Positions 23,341 to 34,544 of a stretch of 64,000 nucleotides of DNA are shown here, piece after piece (the stretch's first letter is position 1; the number at the start of each line of letters is the position of its first letter). The notes beneath the pieces are model-generated. The model did not search any database, was not told the origin of the DNA, and worked only from the letters and a program-made list of their open reading frames with translations. Origin of the DNA: an uncultured Gammaproteobacteria bacterium (lineage in GTDB: Bacteria > Pseudomonadota > Gammaproteobacteria > Xanthomonadales > Rhodanobacteraceae); NCBI GenBank assembly GCA_963701115.1, contig OY969566.1, positions 2,598,097 to 2,662,096 of the forward strand. The letters are read 5' to 3'. The position numbers and the translations under genes are program-made.

Positions 23341-24099
23341 ATGATGGTCGGAAAATTCCTGCTCGCAGCCTTGCTGGCTGCGCAAACGGCGCTGGCTGGG
23401 ACAGAAGCGCCAACACCGGAACAAACCACGCTGTTGCAGTGGAAGATGAGTCTCGACGCCGCCGGGCAGATCACGGCTTTGGTTCCGCGCAATGCATCGA
23501 ATAATGCACTCGGTGAGCAACTGGAACCCGCAGTGCGCGGCTGGAATTTCGAGCCCGCAACCGTCAACGGTCAGCAGGCGGCCACGGAAACGATGCTCTC
23601 CGTCCAGTTGGCACTGCTGCCGTCGGCGGATGGCAAGTCCTATTCCGTGCGTGTTGACGATGTGCGTACGGGCGGATCCATCGCAGCTTCCCACGAATCG
23701 ATACGCCTTCCCGAGAGCGAAGCGCGGATACTGAAAAGCAATGGCGGATTTGCCAAGCTGGCTTTCGAAGTGAGCTATGACGAATCAGGCAAGGCCCAAA
23801 CGGCAACCCTGCTTCCGGATCCAGGCAATGCCAAGGGTCGCCTTGTCGAACTTGCTGAAACGGCGGTACGCGACTGGTTGTATGAACCGGAGCGTGTGGC
23901 CGGTGCGGGCATTCCGGGCAAGGTGATCGTCCCAATCTGCTATTCCGCGGGCAAGACCAACAAGCGCAAAGGCACGCGTGGCGGCCGTCGATGCGTCTGG
24001 TCGCAACCGGACAGCAAGGCCAAGGTTGGCAATGGTGACAGCCTGTCGCTTGATTCGCGTGTGCGGCTGAAAACCAAGGTCGTCGGACGCATGCTCTGA
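23341..24099 (+). CDS. Exported protein with two TonB C-terminal-like domains
   Basis: Signal peptide ending ALA; motifs AVRGWNFEPATVNG and AVRDWLYEPERVAG...IVPICY. Confidence 0.65.
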   Translation: MMVGKFLLAALLAAQTALAGTEAPTPEQTTLLQWKMSLDAAGQITALVPRNASNNALGEQLEPAVRGWNFEPATVNGQQAATETMLSVQLALLPSADGKSYSVRVDDVRTGGSIAASHESIRLPESEARILKSNGGFAKLAFEVSYDESGKAQTATLLPDPGNAKGRLVELAETAVRDWLYEPERVAGAGIPGKVIVPICYSAGKTNKRKGTRGGRRCVWSQPDSKAKVGNGDSLSLDSRVRLKTKVVGRML

Positions 24100-24128
24100 G
24101 CCGCCAGACAGTGCTTCAGTGTCAGCAC

Positions 24129-25211
24129 TCAATGCTGATCGACCAGTCCCGCCAACTGGTCGGTCTGGTCTTCGCGGGTCAGCGTATCGATCAGCTCGTC
24201 GAGCTCGCCTTGCATGATTTCGGGCAGGCGGTAGAGGGTCAGGTTGATGCGGTGGTCGGTAACCCGGCCCTGCGGAAAATTGTAGGTGCGAATGCGCTGG
24301 CTGCGGTCGCCGGAACCGACCTGCAAACGACGTGATTCGGCCTGTTCGGCAGTCTGTTTGCTGCGTTGCTGGTCGAGCAGCTTTGCCTTGAGCAGGGACA
24401 GGGCGCGGGCGCGGTTCTTGTGCTGCGAGCGTTCGTCCTGGCATTCGACGACAAGGCCGGTCGGCAGGTGGGTGATGCGGATCGCCGAGTCGGTCTTGTT
24501 GACGTGCTGACCACCGGCGCCCGAAGCGCGGAAGGTGTCAGTCTTCAGATCGGCCGGATTGATCTCGACGTCATCGATTTCGGTGAGTTCGGGCAGGATG
24601 GCTACGGTCGCCGCCGAGGTATGGATACGCCCCTGCGATTCGGTTTCGGGGACGCGCTGCACGCGATGGGTGCCCGATTCGAACTTGAGCCGCGAGTACG
24701 CGCCCCTGCCCTCGATGCGGGCGATGACTTCCTTGTAGCCGCCGTGCTCACCGTCGCTCTCACTGAGGATCTCGATCTGCCAGTGACGCTGCTCGGCATA
24801 GCGCAGGTACATGCGTAGCAAGTCACCGGCAAAGATCGCCGCTTCGTCGCCGCCGGTGCCGGCGCGGATTTCAAGGAACAGGTTGCCTTCGTCACGCGGA
24901 TCACTCGGCAGCAGCAACAGGTTCAGTTGCTCGTCCAGCTCGATCTCACGGGCTTCGAGTGCGGCGATTTCCTCGGCGGCGAGCTCGGCCATTTCGGGAT
25001 CACCCAGCATCGTGCGTGCCGCGGTCAGTGCTTTGAGGTTGGCATCGTAGGCGGCCAGCGAGTCGCTCAGCGGCGCAAGCTGGGCATGTTCGCGCGATAC
25101 GTCTCGCAGGCGCTTCACATCGCCAAGCACGTCCGCGCTGGCGAGCAGGTGTTCGAGCTCCTGATGGCGTTCGGCAAGCTGTTCGAGCTTGCGCCGGATC
25201 GATGGCGTCAT
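24129..25211 (-). CDS. prfA: Peptide chain release factor 1
   Basis: [11 protein letters not shown] (PxT), [16 protein letters not shown]; start at MTPSIRRKL. Confidence 0.97.
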   Translation of the reverse strand: MTPSIRRKLEQLAERHQELEHLLASADVLGDVKRLRDVSREHAQLAPLSDSLAAYDANLKALTAARTMLGDPEMAELAAEEIAALEAREIELDEQLNLLLLPSDPRDEGNLFLEIRAGTGGDEAAIFAGDLLRMYLRYAEQRHWQIEILSESDGEHGGYKEVIARIEGRGAYSRLKFESGTHRVQRVPETESQGRIHTSAATVAILPELTEIDDVEINPADLKTDTFRASGAGGQHVNKTDSAIRITHLPTGLVVECQDERSQHKNRARALSLLKAKLLDQQRSKQTAEQAESRRLQVGSGDRSQRIRTYNFPQGRVTDHRINLTLYRLPEIMQGELDELIDTLTREDQTDQLAGLVDQH

Positions 25212-25307
25212 GGGTTTCCTGGAGGCCGCCACTGAAAAGGCAGCGGCGCGCATCATACGTGATGGCGATCCGGCTTGAGTGACCGGGCAGGAGGTTCGCA
25301 GCCGTTG

Positions 25308-26606
25308 TCAGTCCTCGGGCTTGTCGTCGCGCCCGGTGTTCACGATTGCTGCCGGCAGCGCCGCATCGAACAGCCGTTCGGCGGCTTGTAGCAGTTCACT
25401 GTCGCCACGCAGGGCGGCGGCACGCAGGTTGGCGCTCGGAGCGTGCAGCAATTTGTTGGTCAACGTGTGCGCCAGGAATTCCAGGGCTTCCTCGGGACTC
25501 CGGCCGCGGGCAAGCATGCTGCGCGCCTTGAGCAGGATTTCGTCACGGTTCGCTTCGGCTCCCCCGCGCACGCTGGCAATCGGATTGCGCAATTCGAGTG
25601 ATCGCCACCAGCCCATGAAGTGTTCGACCGAAAGCTCGATCATCGCCTCGGCTTCACGCGCGGCCTGCTGACGCGAGCGCAGGTTTTCGTCGATGACTTC
25701 GCGCAGATTGTCGATCGTGTAGAGGAACACGTCCGGCAGGTTGGCCACATCCGCTTCGATGTCGCGCGGTACGGCGATGTCGACAAGAAACATCGGCCGG
25801 CGTCGGCGTGCAGCAATGGCGCGCTCGACCATCGCCTTGGTCAGGACCGGCTCGCGGGCGGCGGTCGAGGAGATCACGATGTCGGCCTCGGCCAGGTGTT
25901 TTTCGAGATCGCCCAAGGCAATCGCGTAGCCGCCGAAGCGGCCGGCCAGCGCCTGCGCGTTGTCGAGCGTGCGGTTGGCGACAATCAGGCGGCGCACCTT
26001 GGCTTCGGTCAGGTGGCGTGCGGCCAGTTCGATGGTTTCGCCAGCGCCGATGAGCAGGACGCAGGCTTCGGCAAGATCGGTGAATACGGTTTCGGCCAGG
26101 CGCACCGCGGTGAATGCAACCGACACCGTGCTCGCGCCGATGCGTGTGTCCGAGCGCACCCGCTTGGCCACCGAAAAGGTGTTCTGGAACAAGCGCTCCA
26201 GCGGTGCATCGAGGGCGCGGGCGTTGCGGGCGAGCGAATAGGCATCCTTGACCTGGCCGAGGATTTGCGGCTCGCCGAGAATCATCGATTCGAGCCCGGT
26301 GGCGACCCGAAACAGGTGACGTACCGCATCGGCATCGTGATAGCGGTAGAGGAACTCCTCGATGTTCGCCCCGTGCAATTGCTGATGACGATGTAGCCAC
26401 TCGAATGGCGAGGCTTCGGCACCCGCCTCGACATTGCAGTACAGCTCGGTGCGGTTGCAGGTCGACAGGATCGCCGCCTCGCGCACGCCGGGCTGGACGA
26501 TCAGTTCGCTCAAGGCACCACCAGTGGCATCCGCAGTGAACGCCGCGCGCTCGCGCAGCGCGACGGGCGCGCAGAGATGGTTGAGTCCGAGAGTGATCAG
26601 GGCCAT
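25308..26606 (-). CDS. hemA: Glutamyl-tRNA reductase
   Basis: GLNH, catalytic STCNRTE, GLESMILGEPQILGQ, IGAGET; start at MALITLG. Confidence 0.97.
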   Translation of the reverse strand: MALITLGLNHLCAPVALRERAAFTADATGGALSELIVQPGVREAAILSTCNRTELYCNVEAGAEASPFEWLHRHQQLHGANIEEFLYRYHDADAVRHLFRVATGLESMILGEPQILGQVKDAYSLARNARALDAPLERLFQNTFSVAKRVRSDTRIGASTVSVAFTAVRLAETVFTDLAEACVLLIGAGETIELAARHLTEAKVRRLIVANRTLDNAQALAGRFGGYAIALGDLEKHLAEADIVISSTAAREPVLTKAMVERAIAARRRRPMFLVDIAVPRDIEADVANLPDVFLYTIDNLREVIDENLRSRQQAAREAEAMIELSVEHFMGWWRSLELRNPIASVRGGAEANRDEILLKARSMLARGRSPEEALEFLAHTLTNKLLHAPSANLRAAALRGDSELLQAAERLFDAALPAAIVNTGRDDKPED

Positions 26607-26839
26607 GCGTGCAACAATCCGATCCTCGGCAGGATCAAAGGCAAGCGCGCAGCCGACTGCGTAGAATTGCGCTTCAGCGCCAACGATCCGGTGCTGAACG
26701 AAACGATGTGTTGATCGGTCTGAGTCATGCTGTTTCCGACCGTTTCTGATGGATCCGATCAGTGCCCAAGGGTGTCGCGATTGTGCGGGCGACACCGAGC
26801 AAGTTCAAGCAATTACGTGATTCATGAGGATTTCCACGC

Positions 26840-28582
26840 GTGCCAAAGCAAGCTATCAAGTCCGGTTTCTGGTTGCCTGCATGCAATCGTCGACTCGCCG
26901 CCTCGCTCGCGGTGACGGCAGCGCTTGTGCTCAGCGCATGTGCGGCGCCTGTGCGCGAAATGCCGCGCAAGGCCCCGGTCGAGCAAAGCGTCCACGCAGT
27001 TGCCGAAGCCCGCGATCTTCCGCTAAAGCTGATCGGTGCCGAATTTGCCTTGCAGCGTGGCGATCTCGCGAGCGCTGCAAAGGGTTACGCGGAAGCATCG
27101 GTCTTGAGCGCGGATCCGGCGATCGCCGAGCAGGCGACCCGGCTGGCTCTGGCCAGCAAGCAATGGCAACTCGCGGGCGAAACCCTGCAGCGCTGGCAGA
27201 GCCTCGATCCGAAAGCCGTCGGCATCCTCCAATCGCGAGCCTGGATTGCCCTCGCCGAAGATGATGTGGAAGCCGCCTATGTCGCGCTGGCCGAGCTTGC
27301 GGTACGTGGCGGCGAGACGCGCTGGCGACCGATCGCCCAGGCCCTGATCGCAGCCAGCGACAAGAAGGTCGCTGTGGCCCTGCTGGCGCGGCTGGCAACG
27401 GCACAACGGCTTGGTGACAACGACCAGGATTGGGTTGCGATGAGCCAGCTTGCCTTCAAGCTGGACGACAAAGCCCTCGCCGAGCGACTTTCGGCGGAAT
27501 CGGTCAAGCGGTTCAACTCCGGCGATGCCTTGGCCTGGAGCGCCCAGCTTGCGCTTGACCGCAAAGACAAGGACGCCGCGCGCCAGCGGTTTGCCCAAGC
27601 GCTCAAGCGTGATCCGGACAGCCTGCGCTTGCGCACCGGCTATGCCGCCCTGCTCGCCGAGACGGGTGACAACGCTGCCGCGGCGCGGACGCTTGCCACC
27701 GGCAAGCAGACCGATGTGGTCTACGGTGCGCGCGCTGCCTATCTGGTGCGCGGCGACGACAAAGACCTGCTGGCCGCGCTATATCGCGAAATCGAGACTG
27801 ACAAGAGCGAACGCGGCGGAAAGCGCATCTACTTGCTCGGCCAGCTTGCCGAATTGGTCAAGAAGAATTCACAGGCCCTCGACTGGTATCGGCAGGTGCC
27901 CGAGGGTGACGAGCACTGGTTTGCTGCGGGCATGCGCGTCATTGTGTTGAGCGATAAAACTGGCGATGCAAAATTTGCCGCAAGCAAGCTCGAAGAACTG
28001 CGCCTTGCGGCCGCGCCGGAATCCGGCGAGACCGTGGATCTCACCCTGCTCGAAGCCGAGCTGCTGATCGCGAAGGGCAACAAGGCTGCGGCGCTCGCAG
28101 TCTATTCGCGCGGGCTTGATCTGGCTCCGGACGAGCCGCGTCTGCTCTATGCGCGGGCGATGCTGTCGATCGAAATGGAGGATCTGGCCACCGGCGAGGG
28201 CGATCTGCGCAAGGTGCTCGCGAGCGATCCGGACAGTGCCGATGCCCTGAATGCGCTCGGTTACACCCTGGTTGATCGGACGAACCGATTGAAGGAGGCC
28301 GTCGAGCTGATCGAGAAGGCGATCAGGATCAAGCCCGAAGAGGCGGCCATCATCGACAGTTATGGCTGGGCCCAGTATCGGCTCGGCAATATCGAGGAAG
28401 CGATAGAACTGTTGCGCAAGGCCTACGCGAAGCAGCCGGACAGCGAAGTCGCGGCGCATCTCGGTGAAGTACTCTGGGTCAGCGGCGATCGTGACGAGGC
28501 GCGCCAGATCTGGGAGCAGGGTCGCAAGAAGGATGCCGAGAACAAGGTGCTTATCGAGACCATGAAGCGTCTGGCATCGTGA
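26840..28582 (+). CDS. TPR-repeat lipoprotein upstream of lolB
   Basis: Lipobox VLSAC; ALNALGYTL, IIDSYGWAQYRLG, EVAAHLGEVLW; conserved hemA-TPR-lolB context; exact start uncertain. Confidence 0.85.
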   Translation: MPKQAIKSGFWLPACNRRLAASLAVTAALVLSACAAPVREMPRKAPVEQSVHAVAEARDLPLKLIGAEFALQRGDLASAAKGYAEASVLSADPAIAEQATRLALASKQWQLAGETLQRWQSLDPKAVGILQSRAWIALAEDDVEAAYVALAELAVRGGETRWRPIAQALIAASDKKVAVALLARLATAQRLGDNDQDWVAMSQLAFKLDDKALAERLSAESVKRFNSGDALAWSAQLALDRKDKDAARQRFAQALKRDPDSLRLRTGYAALLAETGDNAAAARTLATGKQTDVVYGARAAYLVRGDDKDLLAALYREIETDKSERGGKRIYLLGQLAELVKKNSQALDWYRQVPEGDEHWFAAGMRVIVLSDKTGDAKFAASKLEELRLAAAPESGETVDLTLLEAELLIAKGNKAAALAVYSRGLDLAPDEPRLLYARAMLSIEMEDLATGEGDLRKVLASDPDSADALNALGYTLVDRTNRLKEAVELIEKAIRIKPEEAAIIDSYGWAQYRLGNIEEAIELLRKAYAKQPDSEVAAHLGEVLWVSGDRDEARQIWEQGRKKDAENKVLIETMKRLAS

Positions 28583-29196
28583 CCGGATCAGCCCGCAACG
28601 GCGCGCTGATCCGCGCAGCATCGTTCACCCTGCTCGCCGCGCTGCTGGCCTCGTGTGCCGCGCCGCGCTTGCGTCCGGATGCGGCTCGCATGGCCGGACT
28701 GGAACAGCGTGAGCGCATCCTGCTGGCGCATCGGGATTGGTCGCTGCAGGGACGCATGGCCATTTCCGGGCCCGGGGATTCCGGTAGCGGTTCGCTCGAC
28801 TGGATCCAGCATGGTGAGACATACAGGTTTGCGCTGAGTGCGCCGGTCAGCGGCAAGACCTGGACCTTGAGCGGCAACAATCAACATGCGGAACTGACCG
28901 GTTTGCGTGCGCAAGCGGTGGTCGGCACTAGCGCCGTCGAGATCCTCGGTCGGGAACTCGGCTGGAAGGTGCCGATAGCGGAACTGGCGTACTGGGTGCG
29001 CGGGATTCGTGCACCGGGCAAGGCTGAGGTCGTTTTCGCAACGGATGGCTTGCCGGCTGAACTGCGACAGGCCGGATGGACAATCGAGTTTCGCGAGTAC
29101 GGGAGCACGGACAACCCTGTTCTGCCGCGCCGGATCTTCGCCAGCAACGGCGAATTCAAGGTGCGGCTGGTCATCCAGCGTTGGGGCGTGCCGTGA
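28579..29196 (+). CDS. lolB: Outer-membrane lipoprotein receptor LolB
   Basis: Lipobox [29 protein letters not shown]; precedes ispE. Confidence 0.9.
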   Translation: MTGSARNGALIRAASFTLLAALLASCAAPRLRPDAARMAGLEQRERILLAHRDWSLQGRMAISGPGDSGSGSLDWIQHGETYRFALSAPVSGKTWTLSGNNQHAELTGLRAQAVVGTSAVEILGRELGWKVPIAELAYWVRGIRAPGKAEVVFATDGLPAELRQAGWTIEFREYGSTDNPVLPRRIFASNGEFKVRLVIQRWGVP

Positions 29197-30062
29197 GCGA
29201 AGAACCGGTCGAGGCGGCTTGGAGTGCCTGGCCGGCCCCGGCAAAACTGAATCTGTTCCTGCACATTACTGGTCGACGGGCCGATGGCTATCACAACCTG
29301 CAGACCGTGTTTCAGTTGCTCGACTGGGGCGATACCGTGCATTGCCGCGTTCGCGCCGATGGATCGATACGACGGCTGGGCGAGCACTCCGGTGTCGCCG
29401 CGGCGGATGACCTGGTCGTGCGCGCGGCAACCTTGCTGAAATCGGCTGCCGGCTCGCCAGGCGGAGCGGATCTGCGCGTCGACAAGCGGATTCCGGTCGG
29501 TGGCGGCATGGGCGGCGGCAGTTCCGATGCGGCATCCACCCTGGTCGCGCTGAATCGACTGTGGAAATGCGGACTGGACCTCGCGGCACTCGCCAGCCTT
29601 GGTCGTGAGCTCGGTGCCGACGTGCCGGTTTTCGTTCATGGGCGCAGCGCTTTTGCCGAGGGCGTCGGTGACCTTCTTGTGCCGATCGAGCTTGCCGAGC
29701 GCAGCTATGTCATCGTCGATCCGGGTGTGGGTGTTTTGACCTCGGCGCTATTTCAGGCGGCCGAATTGACACGCGATAGCGCACCCCTGACAATTGCGGG
29801 CTTCATTTCCGGGTCGAAGACCGAAAACGTGTTCGAACCGGTTGTTCGGACGCGCTACGCGGCTGTCGCAAGAGCGCTGGATTGGCTCTCGACATTCGGC
29901 GATGCGCGCTTGACCGGCACCGGGAGCGTGGTTTTCGTCGCTGCAGGTGCGAATGAGGCGACAGCGATTGCGGGCGCCTGTCCGACCGGAATGCGCGCCT
30001 GGATCGTGCGCGGTGTCAATGTTTCACCTTTGCTGGCGCAGCATTGCGACGGCATCGGTTGA
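29193..30062 (+). CDS. ispE: 4-diphosphocytidyl-2C-methyl-D-erythritol kinase
   Basis: [41 protein letters not shown]. Confidence 0.95.
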   Translation: MSEEPVEAAWSAWPAPAKLNLFLHITGRRADGYHNLQTVFQLLDWGDTVHCRVRADGSIRRLGEHSGVAAADDLVVRAATLLKSAAGSPGGADLRVDKRIPVGGGMGGGSSDAASTLVALNRLWKCGLDLAALASLGRELGADVPVFVHGRSAFAEGVGDLLVPIELAERSYVIVDPGVGVLTSALFQAAELTRDSAPLTIAGFISGSKTENVFEPVVRTRYAAVARALDWLSTFGDARLTGTGSVVFVAAGANEATAIAGACPTGMRAWIVRGVNVSPLLAQHCDGIG

Positions 30063-30125
30063 GTAGCACGAAGCGAATCCGCTTCTATTCTTGCGGTTGG
30101 TTCGTCGGGATTGCGGTTTTGTTGG

Positions 30126-30200
30126 TGGGGCGTCGCCAAGCGGTAAGGCACCAGGTTTTGATCCTGGCATACGCAGGTTCGAATCCTGCCGCCCCAGCCA
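30126..30200 (+). tRNA. tRNA-Gln(UUG)
   Basis: Cloverleaf; anticodon arm ccagg-tt TTG at-cctgg; GGTTCGAATCC; CCA end. Confidence 0.97.
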
Positions 30201-30276
30201 CCCCCGGGTTTTCGGGTGCGGCATTCGATCCACGCTGCCAGCCAGGCAGCCACAATCAGTTGCACGGAGTGGCGCA

Positions 30277-31245
30277 GTGAACACGGCGGCGAATTCATCA
30301 AGCATCCTGGTGTTCAGCGGCAACGCCAACCGTCCGCTGAGCCAGGCGATCTGTACCGAGCTGGGTGTGCCGCTTGGCAAGGCCCAGGTCGGCCGTTTCA
30401 GCGATGGCGAGGTGCAGGTCGAGATCGAGGAAAACGTGCGTCGCCAGGAAGTTTTCGTCGTGCAGCCGACGTGCGCACCGACGGCGGACAATTTCATGGA
30501 GTTGCTGGTGCTGATCGACGCGCTCAAGCGCGCATCGGCGGCCAGCGTCACGGCGGTGCTGCCGTATTTCGGATATGCGCGCCAGGATCGGCGCCCGCGT
30601 TCGGCGCGTGTTGCAATCACGGCCAAGGTGGCGGCCAAGATGATCGGAGCGGTCGGCACTGATCGGGTCCTGACAGTCGATCTGCACGCCGACCAGATCC
30701 AGGGTTTTTTCGACATGCCGCTCGACAACGTGTACGCCTCGCCGGTGCTGCTGGCCGACATCTGGCGCTACTACGCCAGGGAAGACCTGATCGTGGTCAG
30801 CCCCGATGTCGGCGGCGTGGTGCGCGCCCGTGCGATCGCCAAGCGCCTCGATGATGCCGATCTGGCCATCATCGACAAGCGCCGGCCGCGACCGAACGAG
30901 GCGACCGTGATGAACATCATCGGCGAGGTCAAGGACAAGGTTTGCGTGCTTGTCGATGACATCGTCGATACCGCAGGAACCCTGTGCGCGGCGGCAGCGG
31001 CATTGAAGCGCCAAGGCGCGCGCAAGGTCGTCGCCTACTGCACGCATGCGGTGCTTTCCGGGCCGGCGATCAGGAATCTGGAAGGCTCCCAGCTTGACGA
31101 GCTGGTGGTCACCGATTCGATTCCGTTGTCGGAAGAAGCGCGAGTCTGCACGAACATCCGCCAGCTCTCGGTCGCCGAGCTGCTGGCGGAAACGATCCGC
31201 CGCATCGCCTTTGGCGAATCGGTCAGCTCGTTGTATGTGGATTGA
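30277..31245 (+). CDS. prs: Ribose-phosphate pyrophosphokinase
   Basis: [28 protein letters not shown]; GTG start. Confidence 0.97.
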   Translation: MNTAANSSSILVFSGNANRPLSQAICTELGVPLGKAQVGRFSDGEVQVEIEENVRRQEVFVVQPTCAPTADNFMELLVLIDALKRASAASVTAVLPYFGYARQDRRPRSARVAITAKVAAKMIGAVGTDRVLTVDLHADQIQGFFDMPLDNVYASPVLLADIWRYYAREDLIVVSPDVGGVVRARAIAKRLDDADLAIIDKRRPRPNEATVMNIIGEVKDKVCVLVDDIVDTAGTLCAAAAALKRQGARKVVAYCTHAVLSGPAIRNLEGSQLDELVVTDSIPLSEEARVCTNIRQLSVAELLAETIRRIAFGESVSSLYVD

Positions 31246-31254
31246 TTAGGGGCG

Positions 31255-31334
31255 GGGATTGGGGATTCGGGATTAGGGATTCGTAACAGCGGAGCGCCGC
31301 TTTGCCGAATCTCCAATCCCGAATCCCGAATCCC
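31255..31334. repeat. Heptamer-periodic inverted repeat (GGGATTN)4...(NAATCCC)4
   Basis: gggattg gggattc gggatta gggattc - 24 nt - gaatctc caatccc gaatccc gaatccc. Confidence 0.9.
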
Positions 31335-31412
31335 GGTTCCACACAACTCTCCTGGTCGCGGGGGAGTTTATTACTCGCCGCGAGGCGAATCACTGAAGAA
31401 AAGGCAACACAA

Positions 31413-32072
31413 ATGGCAAAGACACATCAACTTTCGGTACAACTGCGCAAGGACGAGGGGAAGGGTGCGAGCCGCCGCCTGCGTCATTCGGGCAGCGTGC
31501 CGGCCATCGTCTACGGTGGCGGAGAGCTCGGTCCGGTCAGCATCCAGATCGCGCACAAGGATGTCTACATGGCTTCGCAGAACGAGTGGTTCTACTCCTC
31601 GATTCTCGATCTGAGCCTCAATGGCGACGTGCAGAAGGTGCTCCTGCGTGACATGCAGCGCCATCCGTTCAAGCAGCAGATCCTGCATCTGGATTTCCTG
31701 CGCATCAACGAGAACGAGGCGATCCGCGTGCGCGTTCCGCTGCACTTCCTGAATCAGGAAACCTCGCCGGCCGGCAAGACCGGCGGCGTGATCATCATGC
31801 ACGAGATCACCGAGGTGGAAATCTCCTGCCTGCCGAAGGATCTGCCCGAGTTCATCGAAGTCGATCTGGCCGATCTGAAGGTGGACGACATCATCCACCT
31901 GTCGGCACTGAAGCTGCCAAAGGGTTCGGAGGTTTCCGAACTCAAGTTCGGCAAGGAGCACGACATTGCCGTCGTCATCGCCAAGCTGGCCCGCGTTGAG
32001 CCCGAGCCGGTCGAGGGCGCCGAAGGCGACGCGGCAGCAGGTGACGACAACAAGGAAGATGGCGACAAATAA
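31413..32072 (+). CDS. rplY: 50S ribosomal protein L25/Ctc
   Basis: GKGASRRLR, VPAIVYG, QRHPFK, HLDFLR plus the Ctc C-terminal extension. Confidence 0.96.
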   Translation: MAKTHQLSVQLRKDEGKGASRRLRHSGSVPAIVYGGGELGPVSIQIAHKDVYMASQNEWFYSSILDLSLNGDVQKVLLRDMQRHPFKQQILHLDFLRINENEAIRVRVPLHFLNQETSPAGKTGGVIIMHEITEVEISCLPKDLPEFIEVDLADLKVDDIIHLSALKLPKGSEVSELKFGKEHDIAVVIAKLARVEPEPVEGAEGDAAAGDDNKEDGDK

Positions 32073-32117
32073 GTCGTCGTCTCCTGATTGTTTGACGCAG
32101 GGAGCAAACGGATTCCG

Positions 32118-32702
32118 ATGAGCTGTTTGCGCTTGATCGTCGGCCTCGGCAACCCCGGGGCCGAACATCTCAGAACCCGGCACAATGTCGGGTTCTGGTT
32201 TGTCGACGCCCTGGCTGATCGCCAGCAGGCGCGATTCGGCATCGAGTCCAGGTTGCATGCCGAGACCGCCAAGTGCCTGCTTGAGGGCGTCCCGCTATGG
32301 CTGCAGAAGCCGATCACGTTCATGAACAAGAGCGGCATCGCGGTAGTCTCGGCGTTGCGCTACTACAAGATCGAGCCGGAGGAGATGCTGGTCATCCATG
32401 ATGATCTCGATCTTGCGCCCGGGGTCGCCAGGCTCAAGTTCGATGGCGGACATGGCGGACAGAACGGCTTGCGCGATATCTTCGCCCATCTCGGCCACGG
32501 CAGGTTTCATCGCCTGCGCATCGGCATCGGGCATCCGGGGCACAAGGATCGCGTGACATCGTGGGTGCTCGGCCGTGCCGGGGCGAATGATGAGCAATCC
32601 ATCCTCGGCGGCATCGGTGCTGCGCTCGAGGTGTTGCCCCTGGCTGTTAAGGGCGACTTCAACGAGGCGATGAAGAGGCTGCATACGCAGGAGCGGGAGT
32701 AG
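32118..32702 (+). CDS. pth: Peptidyl-tRNA hydrolase
   Basis: VGLGNPG, TRHNVG, HDDLD, GHGGQNG, RLRIGIGHP. Confidence 0.97.
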   Translation: MSCLRLIVGLGNPGAEHLRTRHNVGFWFVDALADRQQARFGIESRLHAETAKCLLEGVPLWLQKPITFMNKSGIAVVSALRYYKIEPEEMLVIHDDLDLAPGVARLKFDGGHGGQNGLRDIFAHLGHGRFHRLRIGIGHPGHKDRVTSWVLGRAGANDEQSILGGIGAALEVLPLAVKGDFNEAMKRLHTQERE

Positions 32703-32813
32703 GAAGTGGGAAGTCGGGAGTAGGAGAGCCATGCATGGTTTCTCCTTACACCATACTTTTCATGAAGCCTTCTTTTCCCACTCCCAATTCCCCACTCCCC
32801 ACTTCCGGACTCC
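32695..32813. repeat. Heptamer-periodic inverted repeat, GGGAGTR variant
   Basis: gggagta ggaagtg ggaagtc gggagta ... cactccc aattccc cactccc cacttcc. Confidence 0.8.
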
Positions 32814-32816
32814 AAA

Positions 32817-33908
32817 ATGGGTATCAAATGCGGCATCGTCGGTCTGCCCAATGTTGGCAAGTCGACTCTCTTCAACGCGCTGACCAAGGCGGGTATTGCG
32901 GCGGCCAACTTTCCGTTCTGCACGATCGATCCGAACGTCGGCGTCGTGCCGGTGCCGGATCCGCGCCTTGTTGAGCTGGCGGAGATCGTCAAGCCGCAGC
33001 GAACCATCCCGACCTCGATGGAGTTCGTCGATATCGCGGGTCTGGTCGCCGGTGCGTCGAAAGGCGAGGGTCTCGGCAACAAGTTTCTTGCGCATATCCG
33101 TGAGGTCGACGCGATCGCGCATGTCGTACGCTGCTTCGAGCATCCCGACATCGTCCATGTAGCCAACAGGATCGACCCGATCTCCGACATCGATACCATC
33201 GATACCGAGCTGGCGCTGGCCGATCTCGAATCGGTCGAAAAGGCGCTGAACAAGGTCGAGCGCGCGGCCAAGGCCAACGACAAGGAGGCGCTGGCCAAGC
33301 GGCCGGTGCTGCAGAAGCTCGCTGCCGCCCTGAACGAGGGCAAGCCCGCGCGCTCGCTCGATCTCGACGAGGATGAGCTGGCGCTGGTTCGCGACCTCTT
33401 CCTGCTTACGCTCAAGCCATTGATGTATATCGCGAATGTTCTTGAAGATGGGTTCAAGGACAACCCGCTGCTCGAGCAAGTCCGGCAACGGGCCACGGTC
33501 GAGGGCGCGGAAGTTGTGCCGGTTTGTGCGGCGATCGAGGAAGAATTGTCCCAGCTTGATGACGAGGATCGCAACGCGTTCCTGGCCGATATGGGTTTCG
33601 ACGAGCCCGGCCTGAACCGCGTGATCCGTGCCGGCTACAAGCTGCTCGGTCTGCAGACCTATTTCACCGCCGGGGTGAAGGAAGTGCGCGCCTGGCAGGT
33701 CAAGGTCGGTGCCACGGCGCCACAGGCGGCTGCCGTCATCCACACCGACTTCGAGCGCGGTTTCATCCGTGCCGAAACCATCGCCTACGACGACTTCATC
33801 AAGTATCGTGGCGAGTCGGGTGCCAAGGAAGCGGGCCGGTTGCGCCTGGAAGGCAAGGAATACATCGTCAAGGAAGCTGATGTCCTGCATTTCCGTTTCA
33901 ACGTCTGA
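32817..33908 (+). CDS. ychF: Ribosome-binding ATPase YchF
   Basis: [42 protein letters not shown]. Confidence 0.98.
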   Translation: MGIKCGIVGLPNVGKSTLFNALTKAGIAAANFPFCTIDPNVGVVPVPDPRLVELAEIVKPQRTIPTSMEFVDIAGLVAGASKGEGLGNKFLAHIREVDAIAHVVRCFEHPDIVHVANRIDPISDIDTIDTELALADLESVEKALNKVERAAKANDKEALAKRPVLQKLAAALNEGKPARSLDLDEDELALVRDLFLLTLKPLMYIANVLEDGFKDNPLLEQVRQRATVEGAEVVPVCAAIEEELSQLDDEDRNAFLADMGFDEPGLNRVIRAGYKLLGLQTYFTAGVKEVRAWQVKVGATAPQAAAVIHTDFERGFIRAETIAYDDFIKYRGESGAKEAGRLRLEGKEYIVKEADVLHFRFNV

Positions 33909-33924
33909 GTGATCGGGGAGAGTC

Positions 33925-34410
33925 ATGCCTAGCCAGCAACGCGAACTCGAATTCCAGTTTCTGGCCGAGCCGACCGATGTCAATTTCGGCGGCAAGATGC
34001 ACGGCGGGGCGGTGTTGCGCTGGATCGACCAGGCCGGCTATGCCTGTGCGGTGGCCTGGAGCGGCAAGTACTGCGTGACCGCAGCTGTCGGCGGCATCGA
34101 ATTTGTTGCTCCGATCCTGATCGGCGACCTTGTTCAGGTTCGCTGCAAACTCGTGCATACCGGAACCTCGAGCATGCAGATCACCGTCGATGTCGTCGCG
34201 CGCGACCTCAAGCGCACCGAGGAGCGGCTGGCGACGCACTGCGTGATGACCTTTGTGGCCTTGGACGCTCCGGATGGCAAGCCAAGCCCAGTGCCGAAGT
34301 GGACACCGCTGACCGGGGAGGATATCGCCCTGGGTCAGTATGCCCTCAAGGTCATGGAGGTCGGGCGCCGGATCAAGGAGGAGGCTGCGGCCTTTCGCCC
34401 AGACTCCTAG
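33925..34410 (+). CDS. Acyl-CoA thioesterase (YciA-like hotdog fold)
   Basis: PTDVNFGGKMHGGAVLRWIDQAG, TGTSSM, MTFVALD. Confidence 0.88.
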   Translation: MPSQQRELEFQFLAEPTDVNFGGKMHGGAVLRWIDQAGYACAVAWSGKYCVTAAVGGIEFVAPILIGDLVQVRCKLVHTGTSSMQITVDVVARDLKRTEERLATHCVMTFVALDAPDGKPSPVPKWTPLTGEDIALGQYALKVMEVGRRIKEEAAAFRPDS

Positions 34411-34499
34411 GATCCAGAAAAGCCGTTCAGGAATGCCGCGGTCGCTCGGGATTGTCGAAAAAAAGTGACTCCATGCCCCCGTCGGCACAACTTTTGCTG

Positions 34500-34535
34500 T
34501 TGACACCCGCGGCACTCTCCGTGAAAATGCGCGGC
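34500..34535 (+). promoter_or_regulatory. Sigma70 stable-RNA-type promoter of the tRNA-tuf operon
   Basis: TTGACA (34500-34505), 17 bp, GAAAAT (34523-34528), GC-rich discriminator gcgcggc; A/T tracts upstream. Confidence 0.7.
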
Positions 34536-34544
34536 TCCGTGTCT

